A DNA stretch of 64,000 nt, taken from the NCBI GenBank assembly GCA_036401335.1, contig DASWVC010000293.1, positions 419 to 64,418 on the forward strand. Reading direction: 5' to 3'. This document shows positions 44,511 through 53,525 of the stretch, piece by piece. The translations under genes were made by a program, and so were the position numbers. Source of the stretch: Chthoniobacterales bacterium. Its GTDB lineage: Bacteria; Verrucomicrobiota; Verrucomicrobiia; Chthoniobacterales; JAFAMB01. The notes beneath the pieces were generated by a model. The model saw only the letters and a list, made by a program, of their open reading frames with translations. It searched no databases and had not been told where the DNA came from. Positions within the stretch are counted from its first letter, which is position 1; the number at the start of each line of letters is the position of its first letter.

Positions 44511-45554
44511 GTGCCGCCGCCGAATCCGAGCTTCGAAGTGCTGCCGGTGAACGTGATTACCGGGTTTTTGGGCAGCGGCAAAACCACGTTGTTACGCCGT
44601 GTCCTTGCTTCGGACGGCTCTGGGGACACCGCCGTTCTTATCAATGAATTCGGCGAGATCGGCATTGATCACTTACTGGTGGGGGAAATCGCGCCAAACG
44701 CCGTCCTGCTCAAGAGTGGCTGCGTCTGTTGTTCCATCCGGGGCGAGCTGAAAGACGCATTAGCCGGGTTGTTTTCGCAGCGCCAGCGCGGCCAGGTGCC
44801 GGCGTTCCGCAGGGTTCTCGTGGAAACGACGGGGCTGGCGGATCCCGCCCCGATTGTGGCCACCCTCTTAGGGGATCCCGTGCTCCGACACCATTACCGG
44901 GTTGGTCTGATCATCACCACCGTGGATTGCGTCAATGCCGAACTGCACCGGTCAACGCAACCGGAGTGGTGGGCGCAAGTGACGGCAGCCGACCGGATCG
45001 TGCTCACCAAATCCGACCTGGTGAGTCAGCAAGCCTGTGGTTTGCTCACCGGCGAGCTGCGCGACCTCAATCCCGCTGCCACACTGGCCCTGGCTCAGGA
45101 GGTCACCGAAGCCGACCTTTTTCTTCTCGGCCACGGACTGCACGATGAGGAGCCTTCCGCGGAGGTGAAACGCTGGTTTGAACGTTCCCCGAGGCATCGA
45201 ACCGGGGTGCTGATCGAGCGGCTTCCCGGTGTCCAGCCGTCGGCGCTGCCGCACCAAGACCTGGCCTCCTTCTGTGTGGAGTTTGCGAACGAGATCAACT
45301 GGACCGCGTTCGGTCTTTGGCTGTCGTTACTCCTGCATCGGCACGGCAAAGACATTCTGAGGGTAAAAGGAATTTTGAACCTTGCCGGCCTGCCGTTTCC
45401 GGTGGCCATCCACGGGGTGCAACACCTGGTCCATCCTCCGGTTCACCTGCCGGCGTGGGGCGACGCCGACCGCCGTTCCCGGATTGTGTTTATCGTCCGT
45501 GGCATCGACCAGCAATGGGTCGAGCGGTCGTTCCACGCGTTTGCGCACCGGTAG
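44511..45554 (+). CDS. CobW/COG0523 family GTP-dependent metallochaperone
   Basis: P-loop GFLGSGKTTLL, metal motif CVCCS, ETTGLADP, NKSD-like LTKSDL, and a CobW_C-like C-terminal domain. GTG start. Confidence 0.9.
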   Translation: MPPPNPSFEVLPVNVITGFLGSGKTTLLRRVLASDGSGDTAVLINEFGEIGIDHLLVGEIAPNAVLLKSGCVCCSIRGELKDALAGLFSQRQRGQVPAFRRVLVETTGLADPAPIVATLLGDPVLRHHYRVGLIITTVDCVNAELHRSTQPEWWAQVTAADRIVLTKSDLVSQQACGLLTGELRDLNPAATLALAQEVTEADLFLLGHGLHDEEPSAEVKRWFERSPRHRTGVLIERLPGVQPSALPHQDLASFCVEFANEINWTAFGLWLSLLLHRHGKDILRVKGILNLAGLPFPVAIHGVQHLVHPPVHLPAWGDADRRSRIVFIVRGIDQQWVERSFHAFAHR

Positions 45555-45603
45555 AAACGTTGCCTGCAACGGTGACGTGGAGGCCCCCGGGCGGTGTCCC
45601 CCC

Positions 45604-46119
45604 TTACCCTTCGGTGCGTGTCGGACGTGCAACGAGAACGGAACAGGGAGCATGGCGGATCACGTGCCCGGCGGTTCCACCGAGCAGGAAGCGGCTCAGG
45701 GTTGAGGCCGCTCTGCTTCCCACGATGATCAGGTCCGGCCGGATCGTTTCCGCTTCCTCCAGGATCTCCTCATGCGGGACGCCCATCCGCACGCTGGTGG
45801 TGCACCGGATGCCTGCCGCCTTAAATACCTCGCTCAGAGAATCGAGGCGCTCCAGCGCCTGGCGCCGCCACCCATCGAGCTTGGACTGGATTTCTTCCAC
45901 GGAGGCAAAGACCATCGGGTTCAGCTGCGACCGGGGGACCTCCAGCACGTGCAGGACAACGACTTTGATGGAGGCAGATCTCGCGAGCGCGAGGGCGTAG
46001 CCGACCGTGAGGGAAGGACCCACGAACGCCACCGGCACAAGGACCGTCTCGAGCTTGACGGTCCCCGGTTGCAGGCTGGCAAAGGACGGAACGACGGACG
46101 TTGATTGGGGGTCGGGCAT
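45604..46119 (-). CDS. universal stress protein (UspA family)
   Basis: VLVPVAF..., DLIIVGSRAASTLSRFLLGGTAGHVIRHAPCSVLVARP. Confidence 0.85.
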   Translation of the reverse strand: MPDPQSTSVVPSFASLQPGTVKLETVLVPVAFVGPSLTVGYALALARSASIKVVVLHVLEVPRSQLNPMVFASVEEIQSKLDGWRRQALERLDSLSEVFKAAGIRCTTSVRMGVPHEEILEEAETIRPDLIIVGSRAASTLSRFLLGGTAGHVIRHAPCSVLVARPTRTEG

Positions 46120-46255
46120 GAAGCAAGATCGCTGGCGGGGAGCAACAGAAAGCGGCTACTGTCGTCGCGGCCCCGTCAAGATGCAACCTGCCGGGCCGCG
46201 ACAAAAGAGTTTGCGATGGAGCCACCCTGCCCTGCAGTCGGGCGCACCTCGGCCA

Positions 46256-47374
46256 TCAGCGCTTGACGGTGGGTGCAGCAATTCGGGCAAACAATTGTTG
46301 CCAGAGAGGCCAGGCATCGGCAAACGTCCATCCCGACCGGAGCACAGGTGGGGGCGACGGCGGCCAACGTTCATACCAGTGCTGCACCCACTCGGCCACG
46401 GCTTCCGCCGCTTCCGGGGCAAAGACGCCGGCGTTTTCCGCCGCCCTTAATTCGGTGGCGATGGCCCCTTGCTCCGGGCCGATAAAGATCAGCGGCCGGG
46501 GCAAACAGACCAGCAGCCCCAGCTTGCTTGGCCAGAGCAGGCCGCGCGTGCACCTTTTCTGGGTGACGACATGGACGTGGGCCGCAAGGAGCGTGTTCGT
46601 GAGTTCAGCCTCCGGCACGTAGGGCCGCCAGACAACCCGGGTAAGTTTGAGCTGAGCCGCCCGGGCCTGGGCCAAGGCGCGTGAGGCTCCCCCACCCTGG
46701 AACGCAAGTGTGACCGGGCAGTGCCTGTCTTCCAGCAGGCGTTGAGCGGTCAGGAGCGTTTCCCACTCGTGCGCTTGTCCGAGGTTGCCGGAGTACAACC
46801 AGGTAAACGAACCCCGGGGTGGGTAGGCCAGGGGCGCCGTGTCTACGGAGGCAAGTTCCTGCAGCAGCCATGGACGGATAACTTCTGCTTCCACGCCGTA
46901 TTTCTGACGGATCCAGGAACGCATGTCCGCGTCCAAACAAACGGTACGCGCATTTGCACGGTAGCCCAACCGTGTCACCGCGAAAAGGAGTGCCTGCAGG
47001 AGTTGAGGGACCGACCAGCCGCCGAGGGCAAGCGCAAGCTCTGGGTAGAGGTCGAGCGCCCAATGGACGGATTTCGCCTGGCGCACCGCTGCGAGCAGGG
47101 ACGCCGTCAGCAGCAAACCCGGCGGGGACGAAGCAGACAGGACCACGTCACAAGGGCCGGCCGCGACGCCCCGGCGGAACAATTGCCAATGGGCATTCAG
47201 CTCTCGCCCCACCCGTGCCGCCTTGTTCCTGGCGCGGACCTCATAGTCCAGGCCCGAGCCGATCAGGGTCACCCGGTGACCGTCCCCGCGCAGGCCGTCG
47301 GCCAGGTCGCCCACCAGTTTTGCGGTGGGAGACAAGTCCGGCGGAACGTACTGGTTAAGGATGACGACGTGCAT
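46256..47374 (-). CDS. GT-B fold glycosyltransferase, family 4 (WcaI-like)
   Basis: MHVVILNQYVPPDLSPTAKLVGDLADGLRGDGHRVTLIGS. The ATG at 47374 is preferred over the track start 47542. It overlaps the upstream acetyltransferase gene by 20 nt. Confidence 0.85.
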   Translation of the reverse strand: MHVVILNQYVPPDLSPTAKLVGDLADGLRGDGHRVTLIGSGLDYEVRARNKAARVGRELNAHWQLFRRGVAAGPCDVVLSASSPPGLLLTASLLAAVRQAKSVHWALDLYPELALALGGWSVPQLLQALLFAVTRLGYRANARTVCLDADMRSWIRQKYGVEAEVIRPWLLQELASVDTAPLAYPPRGSFTWLYSGNLGQAHEWETLLTAQRLLEDRHCPVTLAFQGGGASRALAQARAAQLKLTRVVWRPYVPEAELTNTLLAAHVHVVTQKRCTRGLLWPSKLGLLVCLPRPLIFIGPEQGAIATELRAAENAGVFAPEAAEAVAEWVQHWYERWPPSPPPVLRSGWTFADAWPLWQQLFARIAAPTVKR

Positions 47375-47921
47375 CGTGCAGAGGTCCGATCGGTTTGATC
47401 TGCCGGGCCGGGTTGCCGCCGACGAGACAACCCGGGGGGACGTCTTCCATAACGACGCTGCCCGCAGCCACGACTGAGCCGGCGCCGACCGACACGCCGG
47501 GCCCGACAAAGGCGCTCGCCGCAATCCAGCTGCTTTCACCAACCACGATCGGCTTCGTGATCAAATCGAACGTCTCGCGTCGGAAATCGTGGGAGCCGGT
47601 GCAAAGGTAGCAGCGCTGGGAGAGGCAAACGTTCCGGCCGATGGTTACGGGGGCCAGACTCAAAATCCACACCCCTTCCCCAAGCCAGGCGTCGTCGCCG
47701 ATCTCCAGCCGCCAGGGAAAACTGACTTTGACGTGTGATCGGATGACCACGCCCGTTCCGACGCGAGCACCGAACCAGCGCAGACAAGCCACCTTAAGGG
47801 CGGACGGCCACGGCCAGGGAGTGTCAAAGAAAAGGTTGCGCACCAAAACCCAAAGTGCTTCCCGCCATCGCGGGGCACCCCGGTCGAAGCCGGCATTGGA
47901 AAACTTCCGCAGTTTGATCAT
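47355..47921 (-). CDS. hexapeptide-repeat O-acetyltransferase (WcaF-like)
   Basis: FFDTPWPWPSALKVACLRWFGARVGTGVVIRSHVKVSFPWRLEIGDDAWLGEGVWILSL... is a left-handed beta-helix repeat pattern. Confidence 0.85.
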   Translation of the reverse strand: MIKLRKFSNAGFDRGAPRWREALWVLVRNLFFDTPWPWPSALKVACLRWFGARVGTGVVIRSHVKVSFPWRLEIGDDAWLGEGVWILSLAPVTIGRNVCLSQRCYLCTGSHDFRRETFDLITKPIVVGESSWIAASAFVGPGVSVGAGSVVAAGSVVMEDVPPGCLVGGNPARQIKPIGPLHDARRHP

Positions 47922-48122
47922 CGGTTGATTCCCTGGTGAGGGGTGACCTGCCTCCGATTAACCCAGGGCTCCCACGCGAGCAAATGCATCCGCAGACAGG
48001 GCACCGGGTCGAGCGGAGGTTCGGCAGGGCGGCAATTCCCTTCGCCCCCGCCCAGTCGGCCGGGGCCGGTCCCCGCGCTTTCCATCCCAACCCCGTTATC
48101 TTGATGCCCTTTCCCCGTCACC

Positions 48123-48151
48123 TTGACCTGCAAGCCAACCGCCCTTAAAAG
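48123..48151 (+). promoter_or_regulatory. candidate sigma70-like promoter for the exosortase gene
   Basis: TTGACC - 17 nt - TAAAAG, ending 13 nt before the ATG at 48164. Consensus rules for this unknown phylum are uncertain. Confidence 0.2.
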
Positions 48152-48163
48152 GTCCGCAGCAGG

Positions 48164-49750
48164 ATGGCAAGCGCGACGCAGGAAAAAAATTCATCAGGAA
48201 GGTGGTTTGCAGCGGGCACCCTGGCCGTTGTCCTCCTGTACGGATGGAGCCTCTTCCTATGGCACCTCTCGGTGTTTTGGCGCATGCTGCCGGATTACGC
48301 TTACGGCTGGGCGGTGCCGGTCCTGACGCTCATCCTGTTGGGGCGCCGCCGCCACGCCCTCGGACCACCGGCTGGCCTGCTCGACCCGCAGACGGCTTTA
48401 GCGACGGCGTTCCTCACCCTGCTCTACCTTCCCCTTCGGATCGTTCTGGACGCAAACCTGGACTGGCGGCCCGCGGCTTGGGTCCTGGCCGCTCTGGTCG
48501 TGGTTCAAACGCTGCTCCTCGTCCACCTCGTGGGGGGACCGCGCTGGTCGCGGTGGTTGGCTTTTCCCCTTCTGTTTACCCTTACCGGGGTGCCGTGGCT
48601 GGGCCGTTTGGAAATCCCAATCACCACGGGGCTGATGCACTTCGGCGCTTTTGTTGCGACGGAAGTCCTCAACGCGCTCGGCGTCGCGGCCGACCAGCGC
48701 GGGAACGTGATTGAGACAACTGCAGGCTTCATCGGGGTCGATGAGGCCTGCAGCGGCATCAAGAGCCTGCAAACCATGGTGATGATCGGCTTTTTTCTGT
48801 CCGATTTTACCTCCTGGAGGGGCTGGCGGCGGGTCCTCGTCGTCCTGGCCGGTGGAGCCCTGGCTACGACGGCCAATCTTTTGCGCATCCTGGTGCTTGC
48901 GCTCGTGGGGAGCCGGAATGGCCAGGCCGGCATCGAAGGCTGGCACGACGTCACCGGCACACTGGCCTTCGCGGCGGCCTGCGCAGGCCTTTTGTTCCTG
49001 GTGCGGCAGTTGCCGGCCGCACGTCCGGCCGTTGTCTCCCCGGGAGCGCCCCGGTCTACTCCGCGCCCCGTCCGGCCGTCGGTGATCGGCTGTGGGGCTT
49101 TCGCCGCGGTGTTTCTGGCGGGGACGGAAGTGGTCCGCTGGCACTGGTTCCGGGAGGCGGCGCCCGTGGCGTCCTCAGCCTGGACGGTAACGTGGCCGGA
49201 CCACCTCGAAGCACGGGTCGTCCACGTCTCGAGTGCCGTGCGTCAACAACTGCAATGCGATCAGGGGGATGCTATGGCTTGGTCAAACGAGCCGGGCACC
49301 CGTTGGATCGGGTATTACTTTACGTGGAACCCCGGTTTGCAGGCCTATTTTGCCCGGAGCCAGCACGCGCCGGAGATTTGCCTGCCGGCGACGGGTCGGC
49401 GATTGACCGCCGATGCCGGGTATTTTGATTTCCCGGCACCGGTCAAAGTGCTGCGGGTCCGCCATTTAGTTTTTGACGATGAAGCGGGTCCGCTTAACGT
49501 GTTTTTCATTGTGGACGGCTCAGCGGTGCGGGACACGGACCAGCAACTGCACTCGGACACGTGGCGGGTGCGGTTAGGAAACGTGATGGCGCACAAGAAA
49601 GAAGCTGACCGCCGTTCCCTGGAGTTGATTGCGGCAGGATACGCGGTGCCTGAAGAAGCAGCGGAGGCCGCAAAACGCTGGCTGCGCACGCTGATCCAAC
49701 CGGAAGAGAAAGGCATGGCGACGGGAACCCAGGCGTCAACAGGTCAATAG
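48164..49750 (+). CDS. exosortase (EpsH family) fused to a C-terminal EpsI-like domain
   Basis: Polytopic N-terminal half with catalytic-Cys context VDEACSGIKSLQ, then NLLRILVLAL and GWHDVTG. The C-terminal half carries the EpsI-type block SQHAPEICLPATG. Confidence 0.9.
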   Translation: MASATQEKNSSGRWFAAGTLAVVLLYGWSLFLWHLSVFWRMLPDYAYGWAVPVLTLILLGRRRHALGPPAGLLDPQTALATAFLTLLYLPLRIVLDANLDWRPAAWVLAALVVVQTLLLVHLVGGPRWSRWLAFPLLFTLTGVPWLGRLEIPITTGLMHFGAFVATEVLNALGVAADQRGNVIETTAGFIGVDEACSGIKSLQTMVMIGFFLSDFTSWRGWRRVLVVLAGGALATTANLLRILVLALVGSRNGQAGIEGWHDVTGTLAFAAACAGLLFLVRQLPAARPAVVSPGAPRSTPRPVRPSVIGCGAFAAVFLAGTEVVRWHWFREAAPVASSAWTVTWPDHLEARVVHVSSAVRQQLQCDQGDAMAWSNEPGTRWIGYYFTWNPGLQAYFARSQHAPEICLPATGRRLTADAGYFDFPAPVKVLRVRHLVFDDEAGPLNVFFIVDGSAVRDTDQQLHSDTWRVRLGNVMAHKKEADRRSLELIAAGYAVPEEAAEAAKRWLRTLIQPEEKGMATGTQASTGQ

Positions 49751-49919
49751 GCGGCACGGCACTGCATCGGGCTAAGGGCGGAGAACGTCTGAACTACCAT
49801 AACTTTAATAGCCTAACGTAAATAAATTTGATCATTAATGGTGCGCAACGTGCGACCTCTGCTAACCTTCGCCGGTGGATAAGGGGGGCCCACAGTCTCC
49901 TTCAAAGCAAGGACAACAT

Positions 49920-50690
49920 ATGAAGAAATTGTGGTTAACGGGTGTTGCGGCAATCCTGGGAGCGTCTGGGGTCGCTGCTAGTGCCAGCGTTGTGACGCTC
50001 GACTGGAATAAGGTGGCGCAAGGGACCCTGCAAAAACAGGGCTCCTCCTATACCGAACTGGTCAATGTCGGGGGTGGCGAGGTCGAGGTTTCGGTTGCGC
50101 CAAGCGGTGCAGTCAGCCCAAATCGCTTCGGTTTAGCCGGGCTGCAAACGCCTGCGGTGACAAATACCATCTTTCAGGGTGGGCTGAGTTCCAACTTCAG
50201 CAATCTGTCGACCGTGGCAAATTTCAATCCCGGCCGTGGCAGCGACCCGACACTGACGTTCACGATCGATTTCCTCGGCTTCAAGCAGGGAGTCAGCAAC
50301 GTGAACTTCTCGTTGTTCGATGTCGATTCGATGCCGAACCGGTTTGTGGACCAGATTACGTTTCGCACGGCCGGGGCGAGCCTGACCGGCAGCGCGGCCA
50401 ATGTGGTTGCGGGAAATACGGTGCGGGGTGTGGCCATGTCTCCTAACCTTGGTGCCGGCAGCGGAGAGGGCAACGTTGGGGTGAAGTACGGCAACCTGCC
50501 GTCGCATGAGATCGTGTTTACCTACACCAGCCCTACGGCGAACCAGGTTTTGCACGGGTTCGGGCTGGGCAACATCTCGTTCACACCGGTGCCGGAGGTG
50601 AACCAACTGGCGATCGGGTTAGCGGCATGTGTTTTAGGTGCAGTCTGGCTGCGGCGGACCGGTCGACGAAGGGCCGTGACGCTCGCCTGA
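49920..50690 (+). CDS. PEP-CTERM sorting-signal protein (VPEV variant)
   Basis: Signal peptide MKKLWLTGVAAILGASGVAASA. The C-terminus FTPVPEVNQ-LAIGLAACVLGAVWL-RRTGRRR has the motif, TM helix and basic cluster. AAGGA lies before the ATG at 49920. Confidence 0.85.
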   Translation: MKKLWLTGVAAILGASGVAASASVVTLDWNKVAQGTLQKQGSSYTELVNVGGGEVEVSVAPSGAVSPNRFGLAGLQTPAVTNTIFQGGLSSNFSNLSTVANFNPGRGSDPTLTFTIDFLGFKQGVSNVNFSLFDVDSMPNRFVDQITFRTAGASLTGSAANVVAGNTVRGVAMSPNLGAGSGEGNVGVKYGNLPSHEIVFTYTSPTANQVLHGFGLGNISFTPVPEVNQLAIGLAACVLGAVWLRRTGRRRAVTLA

Positions 50691-50724
50691 GCCTGGCAAA
50701 GGGACCTGACGTCTTGAGTCAATA

Positions 50725-50763
50725 CCCTCGGAGACGGCGGCGTCTCCGGGGGTTTTTGTTTTT
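50725..50763 (+). terminator. Rho-independent terminator after the PEP-CTERM gene
   Basis: CCCTCGGAGACG gcgg CGTCTCCGGGGG (8 perfect bp, extendable to 12 with one wobble), followed by TTTTTGTTTTT. Confidence 0.8.
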
Positions 50764-50849
50764 CGCAGGCCGAGGGCGGCCATGACCACGGCGAAAAACG
50801 CGTGCATCCTTCGCTCCTTGAACCTTGAAGGACCTGCTTCCCGCTCTTT

Positions 50850-52541
50850 ATGCGTATACGGTTGCCGTGTTTCGTGGCGCTTGGGCTGCTTATGGGCTGC
50901 GCACTGCCTGGTCCGGCTCTGGGCGGTCCCCTCACCCGGTACCGGCTTTGGCAAAGCCAGCAATCGACCAACGCTGCGCTGAAGGCGTTTCGGAACAAAA
51001 AGTTCGAAGAGGCGGAAATCGACACCCGGCGGGCATTGCAGCTCAATCCGTTGAACCTGCAAGCCCTTGACCTGATGGCGCAGCTAAGCGCCCCCAGTTC
51101 ACCTCAGGTGTCGCTGAAACTGCGGCTGCGCATTACCCAATTCATGCCGCACTCAGCCGAGGCCTGGCTGAACGTGGCCGAGGCGGCCGTTGCGGCCGGC
51201 GAGTTCGAAACTGCCCGGAATGCCCTTCAGAAAGTGCCCGTGTCGGGCCGTGGAATACGGTTCCTTCGAGATTCCGGCAACCTGGCGCTTGGCATGAACG
51301 ATCGGCCGGAGGCCATGAAATTTTTTTCGGCCGCCGTGCACGTTCCGGGAGCGGTTGGGGCCGACCACTTCAACCTGGACGCGCTGACGCTCTTTTCCGG
51401 TCGTGAGGAAGAGGTGGCGGCTGCCCGGGAAGACCTGGAAAGGTTAACCGGCAGCCCTGAACTGGCGTCGAAAAGTCATCGGCTGCTCGCTTCCTTTTAC
51501 ATCACTCACGAAATGCCAGACCGTGCCCGAGGGCACGTTGACTACCTGCTGGGCCTGCCGCAGGTTCAATTTGAGGACGTCCTCCTGGCCTTGGACCTGT
51601 TTCAAGCGTCGGATCCGCCGAAGTACCGCGAGCTTCTCGGCAACTGTTTTGAACGTTTCAAGCGGGAGGCCCTGCCGGCCTCACAATTGGTGCGTTGGTT
51701 GAACGAGAAGAACCTCCTGGAGGATGCACGGGCGAGCAGGGCCAAGGTTGACCCTGCCGTCGCCCTGGATCCCGTTTACCAAGCGGCGTTGGCCGACACG
51801 TTTGTGCGTGCACGGGATTGGACCGGCCTCCAGGAATGGAGCAAAGGGGATCCCGCGTGGGGCGTAAACGAGTACTTGCGGATTGCCTACCAGTTGAAAG
51901 CCCGACGCGAACTCAACGCCATTACGATTTCAGAAGCTTCCAACGAGTGGCAGCGCGCCCTCTCCCGTGCCGACAAGCATGCGGACTGGACGGCTGCACT
52001 CTATCACCTTGCACTCAGCTGGGGATGGCGGAAGGAAGCGGAAAAGAGCTTGTGGGCCGCAGCGGACGGGACCGTCGCTCCGCGGGATGCCTTGCATGTG
52101 CTCTGGCGATGGTACGAACAGGATAAAGACACGAGCGGGCTTTTCCGCGTGGCAAACCGGATGCTTGAACTCAACTACAACGACCGGAACGCCCGCAACA
52201 ACGTGGTCATGCTGGGTTCGCTGCTCGGCATCGACAATCACGCCTTCCGTGAATGGGCAAGGGAGGATTGGGAGACCGATGGAGGCAAAAACCCGCAATT
52301 CGGGACGACTTACGCCTACATTCTGTACCGGCAAGGAAACGTGGAAGACGCGGTCCGGGTCCTGGATGGCATTGGCCCCGAGGCGTTCCAGAACCCGTCG
52401 GACGCACTTTATGCGGGCGTGATCCGCGCTGCTTCCGGCAACCGGGAGGACGCCAGGCGGTTGCTCGAGAAAGCTTCCGACGCGAACCTGTTGCCGGAGG
52501 AAAAGCAGCTGTTGGCGCAGGGCCGTTCACTGTTAGAATGA
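50850..52541 (+). CDS. TPR-repeat lipoprotein (PEP-CTERM-system-associated type)
   Basis: Lipobox-like signal MRIRLPCFVALGLLMGC. Multiple TPR-like helical pairs follow (RRALQLNPLNLQALDLMAQL, AEAWLNVAEAAVAAGEFETA ...). Confidence 0.8.
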   Translation: MRIRLPCFVALGLLMGCALPGPALGGPLTRYRLWQSQQSTNAALKAFRNKKFEEAEIDTRRALQLNPLNLQALDLMAQLSAPSSPQVSLKLRLRITQFMPHSAEAWLNVAEAAVAAGEFETARNALQKVPVSGRGIRFLRDSGNLALGMNDRPEAMKFFSAAVHVPGAVGADHFNLDALTLFSGREEEVAAAREDLERLTGSPELASKSHRLLASFYITHEMPDRARGHVDYLLGLPQVQFEDVLLALDLFQASDPPKYRELLGNCFERFKREALPASQLVRWLNEKNLLEDARASRAKVDPAVALDPVYQAALADTFVRARDWTGLQEWSKGDPAWGVNEYLRIAYQLKARRELNAITISEASNEWQRALSRADKHADWTAALYHLALSWGWRKEAEKSLWAAADGTVAPRDALHVLWRWYEQDKDTSGLFRVANRMLELNYNDRNARNNVVMLGSLLGIDNHAFREWAREDWETDGGKNPQFGTTYAYILYRQGNVEDAVRVLDGIGPEAFQNPSDALYAGVIRAASGNREDARRLLEKASDANLLPEEKQLLAQGRSLLE

Positions 52542-52574
52542 CCGGAGGCGGCATGGCCGCAGGGAGGTTGATCG

Positions 52575-53426
52575 ATGCAGACGAAGGAGCAATACGAGAT
52601 TGAGATCCGGCCAAGCCAGAGCTGGCTGAAGTTGAACTGGAGGGACCTGGTCGAGTTCCGCGACCTGTTCCTGCTGTTAGTCCGGCGCGATTTCGTAGTT
52701 AAGTACAAACAAACGCTGCTCGGCCCGCTCTGGTTTCTGATCCAACCCTTGCTTACGACCGTGGTGTTCACCGTCATTTTCGGCGGGGTTGCCAAGATGC
52801 CGACCAACGGCGTACCCCCGATGCTGTTTTACCTCAGCGGGTTGACCATCTGGTCCTATTTTTCTCAGTGCGTCAACGTTAACTCCATGACGTTTCTGAG
52901 CAATTCGGCACTGTTTTCGAAAGTGTTTTTTCCGCGATTGATTTTGCCGTTAAGCACGACGACGTCGAACTTGTTTGCGTTGGGGGTCCAATTGATCAGC
53001 CTGATTGCGTTCACCACTTATTTCAAGGTGGCAGGCGCGCCCGTCCACCCCCATCTCCTGGCCCTGGTCACAGTGCCGCTCCTGGTGTTGCAGGCAGGGG
53101 TGCTTGCGCTCGGGTTCGGGCTTCTGTTCGCCTCGTTTACGGCCAAATACCAGGACCTGGTGCATTTGCTCGCCTTCGGCGTGCAAATCTGGATGTACGC
53201 AAGCCCGATCATCTATCCGGCTTCCCACATCCCGGCGAAGTTTGCCTGGCTGATCTGGGCGAACCCGGTGGCCCCATTGATCGAGAATTTCAGGGCGGCC
53301 TTTCTGGGCACTCCCGCGGAATCGATGCAGAACACGTTGTGCTCCGTCGCACTCACCGTCATTGTGTTGGGCATCGGTCTGCTGCAGTACCAGCGGGCCG
53401 AACGCACGTTCGTCGACACGATCTGA
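52575..53426 (+). CDS. wzm: polysaccharide ABC exporter permease (ABC-2/Wzm)
   Basis: FRDLFLLLVRRDFVVKYKQTLLGPLWFLIQPLL, followed by 6 TM segments. Confidence 0.9.
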   Translation: MQTKEQYEIEIRPSQSWLKLNWRDLVEFRDLFLLLVRRDFVVKYKQTLLGPLWFLIQPLLTTVVFTVIFGGVAKMPTNGVPPMLFYLSGLTIWSYFSQCVNVNSMTFLSNSALFSKVFFPRLILPLSTTTSNLFALGVQLISLIAFTTYFKVAGAPVHPHLLALVTVPLLVLQAGVLALGFGLLFASFTAKYQDLVHLLAFGVQIWMYASPIIYPASHIPAKFAWLIWANPVAPLIENFRAAFLGTPAESMQNTLCSVALTVIVLGIGLLQYQRAERTFVDTI

Positions 53427-53525
53427 AAGCGGCCCGCTTTGCCGGGCAGACCGGCGGGCACGAACGACGCGCAGCCTCTACCGAAAGCACCGGGGGCCTC
53501 CGCTCCCCGCGGCGCCCCTCCTGAG

